Shown: positions 1 through 9,503, counted from the stretch's first letter. The stretch is DNA of 64,000 nt from an uncultured Verrucomicrobiae bacterium (GCA_963707025.1 CAVPOM010000013.1:64001-128000), one strand, 5' to 3'. Numbers and translations are program-made. Notes: generated by a model not told the origin, from the sequence alone.

Positions 1-1
1 C

Positions 2-622
2 GGCGAAATCGCCTTGTTCGACAAGGGTTATGTGGACTTCGGCCACTTGCGGGATTTGGACGGGCGCGGGGTCTTTTGGGTGACGCGGGCCAAGGAGAAC
101 ATGGGCTATGAGGTGGTGCGGAAAATGCCCGCCTCCAGAGACCCGAAGATTTTGCGCGACGAAGTGATCGTCCTGAGCAACGAGAACAAACCCGCGCCGG
201 AGTTGATGCGCCGGGTGGTGGCGCTGGTCGAGATTGATGGAGAGGAACGGGAAATGACCTTCCTGACCAACAACCTGGAGTGGAGTCCGCGCAGCGTGGC
301 CGACCTTTACCGCTGCCGCTGGCAGATCGAAGTCTTCTTCAAACAAATCAAGCAGACCTTGCAGTTGGCGGATTTTCTGGGCCACAACGCCAACGCCGTG
401 CGCTGGCAGGTGTGGACGGCGCTGTTGACCTACGTGCTGTTGCGCTACCTCAGTCACCTCTCCAACTGGGCGCACAGCTTCACCCGGCTGTTCACGATTT
501 TGCGGGCGGCGCTCTGGGAGAAATATGATCTGCTCAATTTGCTGGCGTGCTATGGGACAGCAGGCGGCAGCTTTCGCCACTTGGCGCGGCCCGAGCAGGC
601 GTATTTCCCCGGCTTCCAATAA
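2..622 (+). CDS. IS4-family DDE transposase, 5'-partial
   Basis: Identical to the C-terminal half of 796..2025 (FDKGY; YRCRWQIEVFFKQIK, the IS4 YREK-type signature). Confidence 0.9.
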   Translation, partial: GEIALFDKGYVDFGHLRDLDGRGVFWVTRAKENMGYEVVRKMPASRDPKILRDEVIVLSNENKPAPELMRRVVALVEIDGEEREMTFLTNNLEWSPRSVADLYRCRWQIEVFFKQIKQTLQLADFLGHNANAVRWQVWTALLTYVLLRYLSHLSNWAHSFTRLFTILRAALWEKYDLLNLLACYGTAGGSFRHLARPEQAYFPGFQ

Positions 623-727
623 AGCTATGGGACAGCACACGCGCCCAAACAGGCGCATACCACACCCAAAAGCCAAACTCGGAAAAATCAAAATCTCATT
701 TTACCCCGAAGACCAATTAAACCCTTG

Positions 728-2178
728 CACAGCCATCCCACAGGAAATTGGAAAAAAGTGTTGGCTTGACCATTTGAACCTGCCACAAGGCAGGCATGAA
801 AAACAAAAAAATCAAACCGACACGGTCCCGGTTTAACGTTTTGCGCCAGATTTGCAATCTCATTCCTGCGCATGAAGTCTCCAAAATAGCGCGGGAGACC
901 GGGGCTCTGGATAAGTCGCGCACCTTCAGTCCGTGGAGTCACACGGTCAGTTTGCTGGACGCGCAACTCACCCATTGCATCGGACTCAACGATCTGTGCG
1001 ACTCGCTGCAATTGCATTCCGGGCCGCTGTCCACTTTGCGCGGCGCCAGCGCCCCCAGCCGCAACGGCCTCTCCCACGCCAACCGGGAGCGTCCGGCCCA
1101 GATGGCCGAACAACTCTTCTGGCGGGTCCTGGAGCATTTGAAAGCACAGACGCCCGGCTTTGCCGCGGGCCAGCGCCGTGGCCCCGCCTTCCGTTTCAAG
1201 ATGCCCATCCATGTGATTGATAGCACGACCATGGAACTGGTGGCCAACTGCCTGGACTGGGCCAAGCACCGCCGGCGCAAGGCCGCCGCCAAAACCCATA
1301 TGCGGTTGAATCTGCAGAATCTTTTGCCCGGTTTTGTCATTGTGGACACTGCCGCCGAGCACGACAACCGACGGGCGCGGGAACTGTGCGCCGACTTGAA
1401 GAGCGGCGAAATCGCCTTGTTCGACAAGGGTTATGTGGACTTCGGCCACTTGCGGGATTTGGACGGGCGCGGGGTCTTTTGGGTGACGCGGGCCAAGGAG
1501 AACATGGGCTATGAGGTGGTGCGGAAAATGCCCGCCTCCAGAGACCCGAAGATTTTGCGCGACGAAGTGATCGTCCTGAGCAACGAGAACAAACCCGCGC
1601 CGGAGTTGATGCGCCGGGTGGTGGCGCTGGTCGAGATTGATGGAGAGGAACGGGAAATGACCTTCCTGACCAACAACCTGGAGTGGAGTCCGCGCAGCGT
1701 GGCCGACCTTTACCGCTGCCGCTGGCAGATCGAAGTCTTCTTCAAACAAATCAAGCAGACCTTGCAGTTGGCGGATTTTCTGGGCCACAACGCCAACGCC
1801 GTGCGCTGGCAGGTGTGGACGGCGCTGTTGACCTACGTGCTGTTGCGCTACCTCAGTCACCTCTCCAACTGGGCGCACAGCTTCACCCGGCTGTTCACGA
1901 TTTTGCGGGCGGCGCTCTGGGAGAAATATGATCTGCTCAATTTGCTGGCGTGCTATGGGACAGCAGGCGGCAGCTTTCGCCACTTGGCGCGGCCCGAGCA
2001 GGCGTATTTCCCCGGCTTCCAATAAAGCTATGGGACAGCACACGCGCCCAAACAGGCGCATACCACACCCAAAAGCCAAACTCGGAAAAATCAAAATCTC
2101 ATTTTACCCCGAAGACCAATTAAACCCTTGCAAATGAACAGGTCAGCACCAGACTTTTCCCCTTATGAGACGGGTGTG
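728..2178 (+). mobile_element. IS4-family element, complete inner copy (1451 bp)
   Basis: Imperfect terminal IRs CACAGCCATCCCACAG / TTATGAGACGGGTGTG. Flanked by the 9-bp direct repeat AAACCCTTG at 719-727 and 2179-2187. Confidence 0.9.
796..2025 (+). CDS. IS4-family transposase (DUF4372-like N-terminus plus DDE domain)
   Basis: 409 aa with IDST, FDKGY and Y-x2-RW-x-IE-x-FFK-x2-K motifs. Confidence 0.93.
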   Translation: MKNKKIKPTRSRFNVLRQICNLIPAHEVSKIARETGALDKSRTFSPWSHTVSLLDAQLTHCIGLNDLCDSLQLHSGPLSTLRGASAPSRNGLSHANRERPAQMAEQLFWRVLEHLKAQTPGFAAGQRRGPAFRFKMPIHVIDSTTMELVANCLDWAKHRRRKAAAKTHMRLNLQNLLPGFVIVDTAAEHDNRRARELCADLKSGEIALFDKGYVDFGHLRDLDGRGVFWVTRAKENMGYEVVRKMPASRDPKILRDEVIVLSNENKPAPELMRRVVALVEIDGEEREMTFLTNNLEWSPRSVADLYRCRWQIEVFFKQIKQTLQLADFLGHNANAVRWQVWTALLTYVLLRYLSHLSNWAHSFTRLFTILRAALWEKYDLLNLLACYGTAGGSFRHLARPEQAYFPGFQ

Positions 2179-2322
2179 AAACCCTTGCAAATGAACAGGT
2201 CAGCACCAGACTTTTCCCCTTATGAGACGGGTGTGATTTTGCATTTATCATTTCCCCTTGGTTTCCCTTTGCACTTTTGCGCAAGGCTCGTCAAACGGCG
2301 CCGGATCACATAATCTCCGGTC

Positions 2323-3255
2323 GTGCCATTCGACCGCGAGAAAGTGAAATTGGAGACGGCCAGGCTCGCCGCCAGGGGCGTGTTCATCGGCACATCCTCC
2401 TGGAAATATCCCGGCTGGCGCGGGCAGCTTTACGACAGCGCCCGCTACCAATGGCGCGGCAAATTCGCCCAATCCCGCTTCGAGAAGAACTGCCTGGCCG
2501 AATACGCGGAGGTTTTCAAAACGGTCTGCGTGGACGCGGCCTATTACGCCTTTCCCGGCGTGCCCTGCCTGGAGGGCCTGGCCGCGCAGGTGCCGGCCGA
2601 TTTTCAATTCGCCTTCAAGGTCACCGGCGAAATTACCATGAAGAAATTTCCAAACCTGCCGCGCTTTGGACTGCGCGCCGGACAGCCAAACCCGAATTTC
2701 CTCAAGGCGGAGGTTTTTGAACGCGGCTTCTTGCAGCCCTGCGAAGCCATCCGCCCGCACGTGGGCCTCCTCATTTTTGAATTCTCACGCTTTTACCCCG
2801 CCGATTTCGAGCATGGCCGCGACTTCGTTGCCGCGCTGGACTCCTTCCTCACCCAACTCCCCCCGGGCTGGCCTTGCGCCGTCGAACTGCGCAACCAACA
2901 CTGGCTTGAAAAGGAGTACTTCGACTGCCTCGCCCGCCACCGGGTGGCGCATGTGTATAATTCATGGACAGAGATGCCTCAAATTAGTCTCCAGATGTCC
3001 CTGCCCGGCAGTCAAACCAACCCGCAGCTTGTTCCAGCGCGGTTCCTCCTGTCGCCGGGCCGGAGATACGAGGAGGCCGTTAAATCCTTCCAACCCTACG
3101 ACACCACCAAGGAAATCAACGCCGAAGCGCGCCAGGCTGGGGCCGCCTTGATCAGCGCGGGCCAAAAGGATCCTGCTCGGAAAACCTTCATCTACGTCAA
3201 CAACCGCCTTGAAGGCAATGCCCTGGCCACCATCCAGGCCATGCTGGAAGTGTGA
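2323..3255 (+). CDS. DUF72 domain-containing protein
   Basis: IGTSSWKYPGW, V-x-VD-x2-YY, FAFK, AVELRN and YVNN motifs typical of DUF72. Confidence 0.9.
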   Translation: MPFDREKVKLETARLAARGVFIGTSSWKYPGWRGQLYDSARYQWRGKFAQSRFEKNCLAEYAEVFKTVCVDAAYYAFPGVPCLEGLAAQVPADFQFAFKVTGEITMKKFPNLPRFGLRAGQPNPNFLKAEVFERGFLQPCEAIRPHVGLLIFEFSRFYPADFEHGRDFVAALDSFLTQLPPGWPCAVELRNQHWLEKEYFDCLARHRVAHVYNSWTEMPQISLQMSLPGSQTNPQLVPARFLLSPGRRYEEAVKSFQPYDTTKEINAEARQAGAALISAGQKDPARKTFIYVNNRLEGNALATIQAMLEV

Positions 3256-3503
3256 GTGGCCGGTGGCCGGTGTTCTCCGGCGCTAAAATTGGACTTAACT
3301 CAAGGCCCTTACCGTCCGATGTCAACCGAGACGCCGGACTGTTTCCAACAGGCAGTTAGGCATAAATTACACCTTTTCCGGTGGAAAACAGGGCAATTTA
3401 TGCCCCCAGCCTCCCCAAAGCCGGACCAGCCAAAAATCTCCGACACACAAAATCGCCCGTAAATAAAGGGCTTTGGGCGCGTTGCCCCAACCCGCCCCAA
3501 AGG

Positions 3504-3519
3504 TGGCAATGCTCCTGCT
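3504..3519 (+). promoter_or_regulatory. Putative sigma-54 (-24/-12) promoter of the fliA-motAB operon
   Basis: TGGCAATGCTCCTGCT fits GG-N10-GC, about 25 nt upstream of ATG 3545. A palindrome (GGCATAAATT...AATTTATGCC, about 3359-3404) lies 100-145 bp upstream. Confidence 0.5.
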
Positions 3520-3544
3520 AATGCTGTGTTCGCTTTGTGTTGCT

Positions 3545-3793
3545 ATGAAACTATTGATGCTTTTGGGGGGAGTGTTGGGGTTTGGGATTGGGCTGTTTTG
3601 CAGTCGGATTCAGGAAAACCCCTGGCCGAATTGTCTCTGGCACGCCTGCCTGGCTGCTTATGCCGGTGGCTGGCTCCTGGGTTGGTGGGGTCGCGCCTGG
3701 CAACGAAGCCTGAAAGATTCGGCCCTGGAAAACTCCACCCGTTCCATCTCGCCTTTGGCAAGTGCCTCCCCATCAAAACCTTCTAAATCATGA
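3545..3793 (+). CDS. Small hypothetical membrane protein
   Basis: Two hydrophobic segments; its stop overlaps the fliA ATG (ATGA). Confidence 0.65.
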   Translation: MKLLMLLGGVLGFGIGLFCSRIQENPWPNCLWHACLAAYAGGWLLGWWGRAWQRSLKDSALENSTRSISPLASASPSKPSKS

Positions 3794-4623
3794 GTTCCAC
3801 CCTTTGCGACTCTGCCAAGCCCGTCAACCCACCCCCCGCCAGGAACCGCCGGGCCGAGCAGGAGGTCTGGCGCCGCTATGCCCGCTCCGGTCCGGGCAGC
3901 TCCCAGGAAAACAGCCTGGTCGAGCAGCATCTTCCGCTGGTCAGGACCGTGGTGGGGCGGCTGGCCATGACCTTGCCTTCCCATGTCAACATGGATGATC
4001 TTTACAGCGCGGGGCTGGTCGGATTGCTCAACGCCATCCGGCGCTTTAACCCCAAAAGCGGCTGTTCCTTCGAAAGCTACGCCCGGGTGCGCATTCGCGG
4101 CGCCATCTTCGACGAATTGCGGCGGCTGGACTGGGTGCCGCGCTCGGTGCATGAAAAGGCCCGCAAAATTGAAAAGGTGATGCAGGAATTGACCCAGCGC
4201 ACAGGCTGCGTGCCGGGCAACGCGGAAATGGCCAAGGCCCTCAAAATCTCCGAGGATGATTACGAGGAGTTGCTCGAGCAGGTCCGCCCGGTCACCTATG
4301 TCTGCCTGGACTCCGCGCAAAATGGCGAGGGGGAACACGGTTCGCCCTACGACTTCATTGCCGATGACGCCCAGCCCGACCCGGACCGGCAAATGGCCGT
4401 GCGGGAGCTGGCCCGCATGATCGAGGGGCGCCTGCAGAAATTGCCCGACATCCAGCGCAAAGTTCTGGCCCTCTATTATTTTGAAGACCTCCGCCTGCGC
4501 GAAATCGCCGAGGCCTTCGGCCTGACCGAATCGCGCATCTGCCAGATTCACGCCCAGGCCATCCTGGCGATCAAATCGCTGTTGCGCAAGGAAGACCCGG
4601 AATTCTTCCAACATCCCTTGTGA
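3790..4623 (+). CDS. fliA: FliA/WhiG family RNA polymerase sigma-28 factor
   Basis: DDLYSAGLVGLL, FESYARVRIRGAIFDELRRLDWVPRS, and region 4 LREIAEAFGLTESRICQIH. Confidence 0.93.
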   Translation: MSSTLCDSAKPVNPPPARNRRAEQEVWRRYARSGPGSSQENSLVEQHLPLVRTVVGRLAMTLPSHVNMDDLYSAGLVGLLNAIRRFNPKSGCSFESYARVRIRGAIFDELRRLDWVPRSVHEKARKIEKVMQELTQRTGCVPGNAEMAKALKISEDDYEELLEQVRPVTYVCLDSAQNGEGEHGSPYDFIADDAQPDPDRQMAVRELARMIEGRLQKLPDIQRKVLALYYFEDLRLREIAEAFGLTESRICQIHAQAILAIKSLLRKEDPEFFQHPL

Positions 4624-4631
4624 GTTGAGCC

Positions 4632-5501
4632 ATGATTGTCATTGCGGGAGCACTGCTTGTATTCTGTTCGGTCATCGGCGGCTTCTGGCTGTCGGGCGGC
4701 AACGCCCTCAACCTGCTGCATGTCTCCGAGTTCGTCATCATTGGCGGCGCGGGCAGCGGCGCGCTCATTTTGATGTCGCCCCGGAAGGTGCTGATGGATT
4801 TGGCCGGGCGCCTCGCCGCCACCTTGAAAGGCGCGCCGCACAGCCGCGAGGCCTATAACGAATTATTCAAGGCCCTCTACGAGTTGTTCATGCTGGGCAG
4901 GCGCGGCGGCATGGTCGCCCTGGAGGAGCATGTCATTAGCCCGGAAACCAGCATCATCTTCGCCAAATACCCCACCTTCCAAAAAGAACATAAAGCCATG
5001 GAATTTTTGTGCAACGGCCTGCGCCCCATCATTGACGGCAAAATCAAGCCCGACCATCTCAAGATGCTGCTGGAAATCGAACTGGAAGCCATGGAAGAAG
5101 AGCACGAACGCCCCGTCAGCGTCCTGACCAAGGCGGCCGATGCCATGCCGGGCTTCGGGATTGTCGCCGCCGTGCTGGGCATCGTCTTGACCATGTCCTC
5201 CATTTCCGGGCCTATCGAGCAGATCGGCGAAAAAGTCGGGGCCGCCCTGGTGGGAACCTTCCTGGGCATTTTCCTTTCCTACGGCTTCATGAATCCGCTG
5301 GCCGTCAACATCGAGTTTATGAACCTTTCCGAGATGGCCTATATCCGCTGCATTGCCGCCTCCGTCATCGGCTTTGCCGGCGGGATGTCTCCCATTATGG
5401 CGGTCGAAGTGGCCCGGCGCGGCCTGCCCAGCGAAGTCAAACCCAGCGCCGATGGGCTGGAAACCATGCTCAAAGCGCTCAACCAAGTCCCGGCCCAATA
5501 G
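4632..5501 (+). CDS. motA: Flagellar motor stator protein MotA
   Basis: N-terminal TM pair; ADAMPGFGIVAAVLG and GAALVGTFLGIFLSYG motifs. Confidence 0.93.
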   Translation: MIVIAGALLVFCSVIGGFWLSGGNALNLLHVSEFVIIGGAGSGALILMSPRKVLMDLAGRLAATLKGAPHSREAYNELFKALYELFMLGRRGGMVALEEHVISPETSIIFAKYPTFQKEHKAMEFLCNGLRPIIDGKIKPDHLKMLLEIELEAMEEEHERPVSVLTKAADAMPGFGIVAAVLGIVLTMSSISGPIEQIGEKVGAALVGTFLGIFLSYGFMNPLAVNIEFMNLSEMAYIRCIAASVIGFAGGMSPIMAVEVARRGLPSEVKPSADGLETMLKALNQVPAQ

Positions 5502-5515
5502 ACCCAGGAGAATCC

Positions 5516-6256
5516 ATGGCAAAAAAAGCTCATGCCGGCGGCGCCTGGAAGGTGGCTTACGCGGATTTCGTCACCGCCATGATGGCCTTGTTCATCGTGC
5601 TCTGGCTCTCCTCGCAGGATCAAAGAATCAAGGAGGCGGTGGCCCGCGCCTTTGCCCATCCCTTCTCCTCCGTCACCAAGGATTCGGTCGGCATCCTCCC
5701 CAGCACCAACACCCAGGCCATGAAGAGCAGCGAGGGCAATTTTGATTCCGCCTCGGCGGTCGAGCTGGCCATGTTGCGCCGGATGAACCAGGATTTCTTG
5801 AAGGCCCTCCAAACCGATTTTACGGAGAAGGACGACAACTCGGTCAAATTGGAGATGACTCCCGATGGCATCACCATCAATGTCTTTGACCGCGCCCACA
5901 AACCGATTTTCGAGCCCCAATCCACCCGCTTCACCCCCTATGGACAGTGGGTTTTTTCCACCCTGGCCTGGGAAATCGCCCGCTCCACCAACTTCTCCGT
6001 CGAACTGGAGGGGCACACCGAAAGCGGCAACGCCCCGCTCTCGACCGATTACGGAGACTGGGAAATTTCCGCGGACCGCGCCACGGCGGTGCGGCGCAAA
6101 TTGCTGGAGAGCGGGGTGCAGCCGCGCCAGGTCATCAAGGTGGCCGGCTTCGCCGACACCGTGCCCATGTCGCAACACGAGCCTTCCGACGAGATCAACC
6201 GCCGGGTGACGGTCCTGTTGAACCTGCGCCCCCACGGCAAAAACCCTTCCATGTAA
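5516..6256 (+). CDS. motB: Flagellar motor protein MotB (OmpA-like peptidoglycan-binding domain)
   Basis: GAWKVAYADFVTAMMA with the conserved Asp; EGHT, WEISADRA and NRRV motifs. Confidence 0.93.
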   Translation: MAKKAHAGGAWKVAYADFVTAMMALFIVLWLSSQDQRIKEAVARAFAHPFSSVTKDSVGILPSTNTQAMKSSEGNFDSASAVELAMLRRMNQDFLKALQTDFTEKDDNSVKLEMTPDGITINVFDRAHKPIFEPQSTRFTPYGQWVFSTLAWEIARSTNFSVELEGHTESGNAPLSTDYGDWEISADRATAVRRKLLESGVQPRQVIKVAGFADTVPMSQHEPSDEINRRVTVLLNLRPHGKNPSM

Positions 6257-6268
6257 GGATAACTTCCC

Positions 6269-6544
6269 ATGCCCGACACTTTTGTTCCCATGAGGCCGGC
6301 CGCCATCTCCGCCACGGAAACTGGTTTCACCCCGCTGCCCTTGAGGCCGGGGCTTTTGGCCGCCGCCAGGACGGCCCCGGGAACCCATGGCCAGGCGGCG
6401 GCGACCACCCCGGCCGCGCCCCAGCCCCCGGCGCACAATTGCCCGCCCCCCAAAGTGACCTTGCAACGCAAGGGAGAAGTCGTGACCGGCATTCGCATCC
6501 AATGCAGTTGCGGCCAGGTGATCGAACTGAGTTGTCTGTATTAA
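6269..6544 (+). CDS. Hypothetical protein with C-terminal CxCG motif
   Basis: AAGGA RBS just after the motB stop; Pro/Ala-rich linker followed by IQCSCGQVIELSC. Confidence 0.65.
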   Translation: MPDTFVPMRPAAISATETGFTPLPLRPGLLAAARTAPGTHGQAAATTPAAPQPPAHNCPPPKVTLQRKGEVVTGIRIQCSCGQVIELSCLY

Positions 6545-6656
6545 AATCCGCCCGCGCCTCCACCGGTGGCCAGGCGCATGGCGCGAAACCATCCCGCCCG
6601 GCTTCAACCGAAACAGGCGCATTGCTCTTTTCGTCGGCCAATTCCACCGCGTCCGC
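6541..6656 (-). pseudogene. Displaced, frameshifted remnant of the helicase 3' end
   Basis: Diverged direct repeat of about 7486-7580; translates to ADEKSNAPVSVEAGRDGFA versus ADEKSKAPVSVEAGRDGFA in the helicase. Confidence 0.75.
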
Positions 6657-6667
6657 CCGGCGTGGAC

Positions 6668-6910
6668 TCAAGGTTGGCGAAGTATTTGGGCCATCTTCGC
6701 CTGGTGTTCCTTGCGGCGGGCAAGCTTGAAATCTTGGAAACGCGGGCCGAGGGCTTCCAGCAGCTCTTGGCGGCAGGAACGTGTGCCGGCAATGGCTTGG
6801 TCCAGCAGCGCGTTCCGCTGGTCCCGGCATCTGGCCCGTTCCGACGGCGCGCAGTTGGCCAATTCGTACCACGCCGCCAGAATCGCCTCTATCCGTTCTT
6901 CACGAGGCAC
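6668..6910 (-). CDS. Small basic hypothetical protein (second gene of a coupled pair)
   Basis: GTG start overlaps the end of 6900..7310; helical-looking, about 80 aa. Confidence 0.6.
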   Translation of the reverse strand: MPREERIEAILAAWYELANCAPSERARCRDQRNALLDQAIAGTRSCRQELLEALGPRFQDFKLARRKEHQAKMAQILRQP

Positions 6911-7310
6911 CGAACACCTCGTCCAGAACCTGGGCGCGTCGCGCATCGGTCATGCCCCCAAACGACACCCGCAGATTGACGTAGAGTTCTTCCAGCGTCG
7001 CCTCCACGTCCGCCAGTGTGACATCCGCCTTCGCGGTTACGTCATGCTGACGCAATTCACTGACCAGCCACTCGCCCATGCTGATGAGCGCTGACAGCAT
7101 CTGCTTCTGCATCTGCCGGTCTTGATCGGTCGGTGTGCCACCCATTTCTGCTTGGTAATAGAGCTTGGTTCCCTTGAACCAGAGAAACAACTCCTCCACG
7201 ATGTTGGGCGTTGGGGAAGCCATGTCCCGCGCGTTCACTACTTCCGCAAAGACTTTGCCCTCCTGCCAGCGCGTGCTCCGCGTCGGTTCCATGACTCCAG
7301 GTTCTTTCAT
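6900..7310 (-). CDS. Hypothetical protein (first gene of a coupled pair)
   Basis: 136-aa ATG ORF with protein-like, acidic composition; no family recognised. Confidence 0.7.
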   Translation of the reverse strand: MKEPGVMEPTRSTRWQEGKVFAEVVNARDMASPTPNIVEELFLWFKGTKLYYQAEMGGTPTDQDRQMQKQMLSALISMGEWLVSELRQHDVTAKADVTLADVEATLEELYVNLRVSFGGMTDARRAQVLDEVFGAS

Positions 7311-7380
7311 CGCTATAGACTATAACCTGTGCTCCGTGCTGGTCAAGCCCGGTTGCCGCTAATGCGTGCAGTCAAGGTTG

Positions 7381-7457
7381 GTAGGGCGAGACTCTGTTCG
7401 AGCCGTGACTAAAAATCCCATGAAATCGAGTTACGGCTCGACAGAGTCTCGCCCTGC
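7381..7457. repeat. GTAG-type REP-like inverted pair
   Basis: GTAGGGCGAGACTCTGTTCGAGCCGT ... ACGGCTCGACAGAGTCTCGCCCTGC. Confidence 0.75.
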
Positions 7458-9503
7458 CGTGTTGTTTATTGTTGACGCTCCGGCGCCGGCGGCCAGCCTC
7501 ATGGCCGCGAATCCATCCCGGCCGGCCTCCACCGAAACAGGCGCTTTGCTCTTTTCGTCGGCCCATTCCAGCAGATCGGCGGGCAGTTCCTTCAAAAAGG
7601 GCGAAGGATGGCAGGGAAGAGGTTGCCCATATCTTTTGCGCGCCGCGCAATGGCTCAAGGTCACCGTCTGCATGGCCCGCGTCAGCGCCACGTAAAAAAG
7701 CCGCCGCTCCTCGTCCAGCGTGCCTTCCACTTTCGCCCTGGCATGAGGCAGCAAACCATCCTCCAGACCGACAATATAGACATGCGGAAATTCCAGCCCC
7801 TTGCAACTGTGCATCGTGATCAGCGTCACCGCGTCTCCGGTCTGTTCCTTTTCCTCCTCCCGGTCGGAGTCCAGCGCCAGATCATCCAGGAAATTCTCCA
7901 CCTGCCCGGCCGTGTTGCCGGCGCTCGTGCCGAGGGTCGCCAGCAATTCGCGCAGATTGCGCACCCGGTTGTCGGCCGCCTCCGGGTTTTTCTCGCCGCG
8001 CCGCAATTCGGCTTCGTAATCAATTTCCCGCACAAAACTCTCCGCCCACTGCCGCGGCGAAAGCGCCCCCTCCCGCAACGCCGCCTGCTGCCGCTCGATC
8101 AAAGCCACATAAGCGCCCACCGCGGCCCGCGTTCTGGGGACGAATCCGGCCAGCACGTCGCTGTGTCGCATCGCGGCAAAAACCGGGCAGCCGCGCTCCT
8201 GGCTGGCCGCCAGCAGGCGCTCCATCGTCACCTCGCTCAGCCCGCGGGCCTGCACGTTGGCCACCCGCAGCAGGCTGATGTCGTCGTGCGGGTTGAGGAA
8301 CGTTTTCAGGTAGGCCAGAAAATCCTTGATTTCGCGCCGGTCAAAATAGCTTTGCCCGCCGATGAGATGATAGCGGATGCCGGCCTGGCGCAGGGCCGTT
8401 TCCAGCGGCCGCCCCTGCTGGTTGGTGCGAAACAGCACCGCCTGCTCCCGCCACGGCACCCGCCGCGCCAGCCGCGCGTATTCGATTTGCTCGGCGGTGT
8501 GGCGCGCCTCCTCCTCGTCGTCGGCAAAGCTGTGCAGCAGGATTTTGGACCCGCGCCCTTTCTGCGACCAAAGCTGCTTGGGGCGGCGCCGGGCATTATT
8601 CTTAATGACAGCATTGGCGGCCGAGAGGATGGTGGCCGTCGAGCGGTAATTCTGCTCCAGGCGGATGACTTTGACCCCCGGAAAATGCTTTTCCATGTCC
8701 AGCAAATTGGCCGTCTCCGCCCCGCGCCATCCGTAAATGCTCTGGTCGTCGTCGCCCACCACGCAGAGATTGCCGTGGGCCAGGGTCAGTTGGCGCACGA
8801 GCTGGAACTGGGCCGCGTTGGTGTCCTGGTACTCGTCCACCATCACATAGCGATACCGGGCCTGGCAGGCCGCCAGCGCCCCGGCATGCCCGGCAAACAG
8901 TTGCAGGGTGAGCAGAATCAAATCGTCGAAATCCACCGCGTTGCAGGCGCGCAACGCGCTCTGATACCGCTTGCTCACATGCTCCGCCAGCGCCGCCGTG
9001 TTGGGGTCGCCGAACACCGCCGCCCGCCCGCCGCCGTTTTTATGCCGGCTGAGCAGGCGGAGCACCTCGCCCGCATCGGCCTTGGCCGCCTTGTCGGATA
9101 TGTGGCTGAGAATTTTTTTGACCGCGCCGAGTTGCTCCGCTTCGCTGTAAATAACAAAATTGCGCTTGTAGCCCAGCCGCTCGATGTGCTGGCGCAGGAT
9201 GCGCGCGCACAGGGAATGAAAGGTGCAGATGGTGGGCCCCGGCGCTTTCCCGGCCTCGCCGGCCGGCTGGAAGCGGCGCGGGATGAGCTTGAAAACACGC
9301 TCCTTCATTTCGCGCGCCGCCTTGTTGGTGAACGTCACCGCCAGGATGTGGCCCGGCGCCACGCCCCTTTCGATCAGATGCGCCACCCGCGCCGTGATGA
9401 CCCGCGTTTTCCCCGTGCCCGCTCCGGCCAGAATCAAGACCGCCCCTTCGGTCGTTTCGACCGCCTGGCGCTGCGGTGGATTAAGCGGGGCGAGGGAGGA
9501 CAT
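7431..9503 (-). CDS. UvrD/PcrA/Rep family ATP-dependent DNA helicase
   Basis: LAGAGTGKT, DEYQD, VGDDDQSIYGWRG, LEQNYRS, TMHSCKGLEF and EERRLFYVALTRA motifs. Confidence 0.95.
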   Translation of the reverse strand: MSSLAPLNPPQRQAVETTEGAVLILAGAGTGKTRVITARVAHLIERGVAPGHILAVTFTNKAAREMKERVFKLIPRRFQPAGEAGKAPGPTICTFHSLCARILRQHIERLGYKRNFVIYSEAEQLGAVKKILSHISDKAAKADAGEVLRLLSRHKNGGGRAAVFGDPNTAALAEHVSKRYQSALRACNAVDFDDLILLTLQLFAGHAGALAACQARYRYVMVDEYQDTNAAQFQLVRQLTLAHGNLCVVGDDDQSIYGWRGAETANLLDMEKHFPGVKVIRLEQNYRSTATILSAANAVIKNNARRRPKQLWSQKGRGSKILLHSFADDEEEARHTAEQIEYARLARRVPWREQAVLFRTNQQGRPLETALRQAGIRYHLIGGQSYFDRREIKDFLAYLKTFLNPHDDISLLRVANVQARGLSEVTMERLLAASQERGCPVFAAMRHSDVLAGFVPRTRAAVGAYVALIERQQAALREGALSPRQWAESFVREIDYEAELRRGEKNPEAADNRVRNLRELLATLGTSAGNTAGQVENFLDDLALDSDREEEKEQTGDAVTLITMHSCKGLEFPHVYIVGLEDGLLPHARAKVEGTLDEERRLFYVALTRAMQTVTLSHCAARKRYGQPLPCHPSPFLKELPADLLEWADEKSKAPVSVEAGRDGFAAMRLAAGAGASTINNTAGRDSVEP

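Larger units (their letters stand above)
1..2235 (+). mobile_element. IS4-family element, outer copy (left end outside window), interrupted near its right end by an identical copy
   Basis: 1-727 repeats 1404-2130. The remaining right end (CAAATGAAC...TTATGAGACGGGTGTG) resumes at 2188-2235 after the inner copy. Confidence 0.85.

Noticed and set aside
2122..2235. 57-bp tandem repeat as a CRISPR or iteron array
   Set aside because: Two copies with no spacer; fully explained by the nested IS right end plus target duplication.
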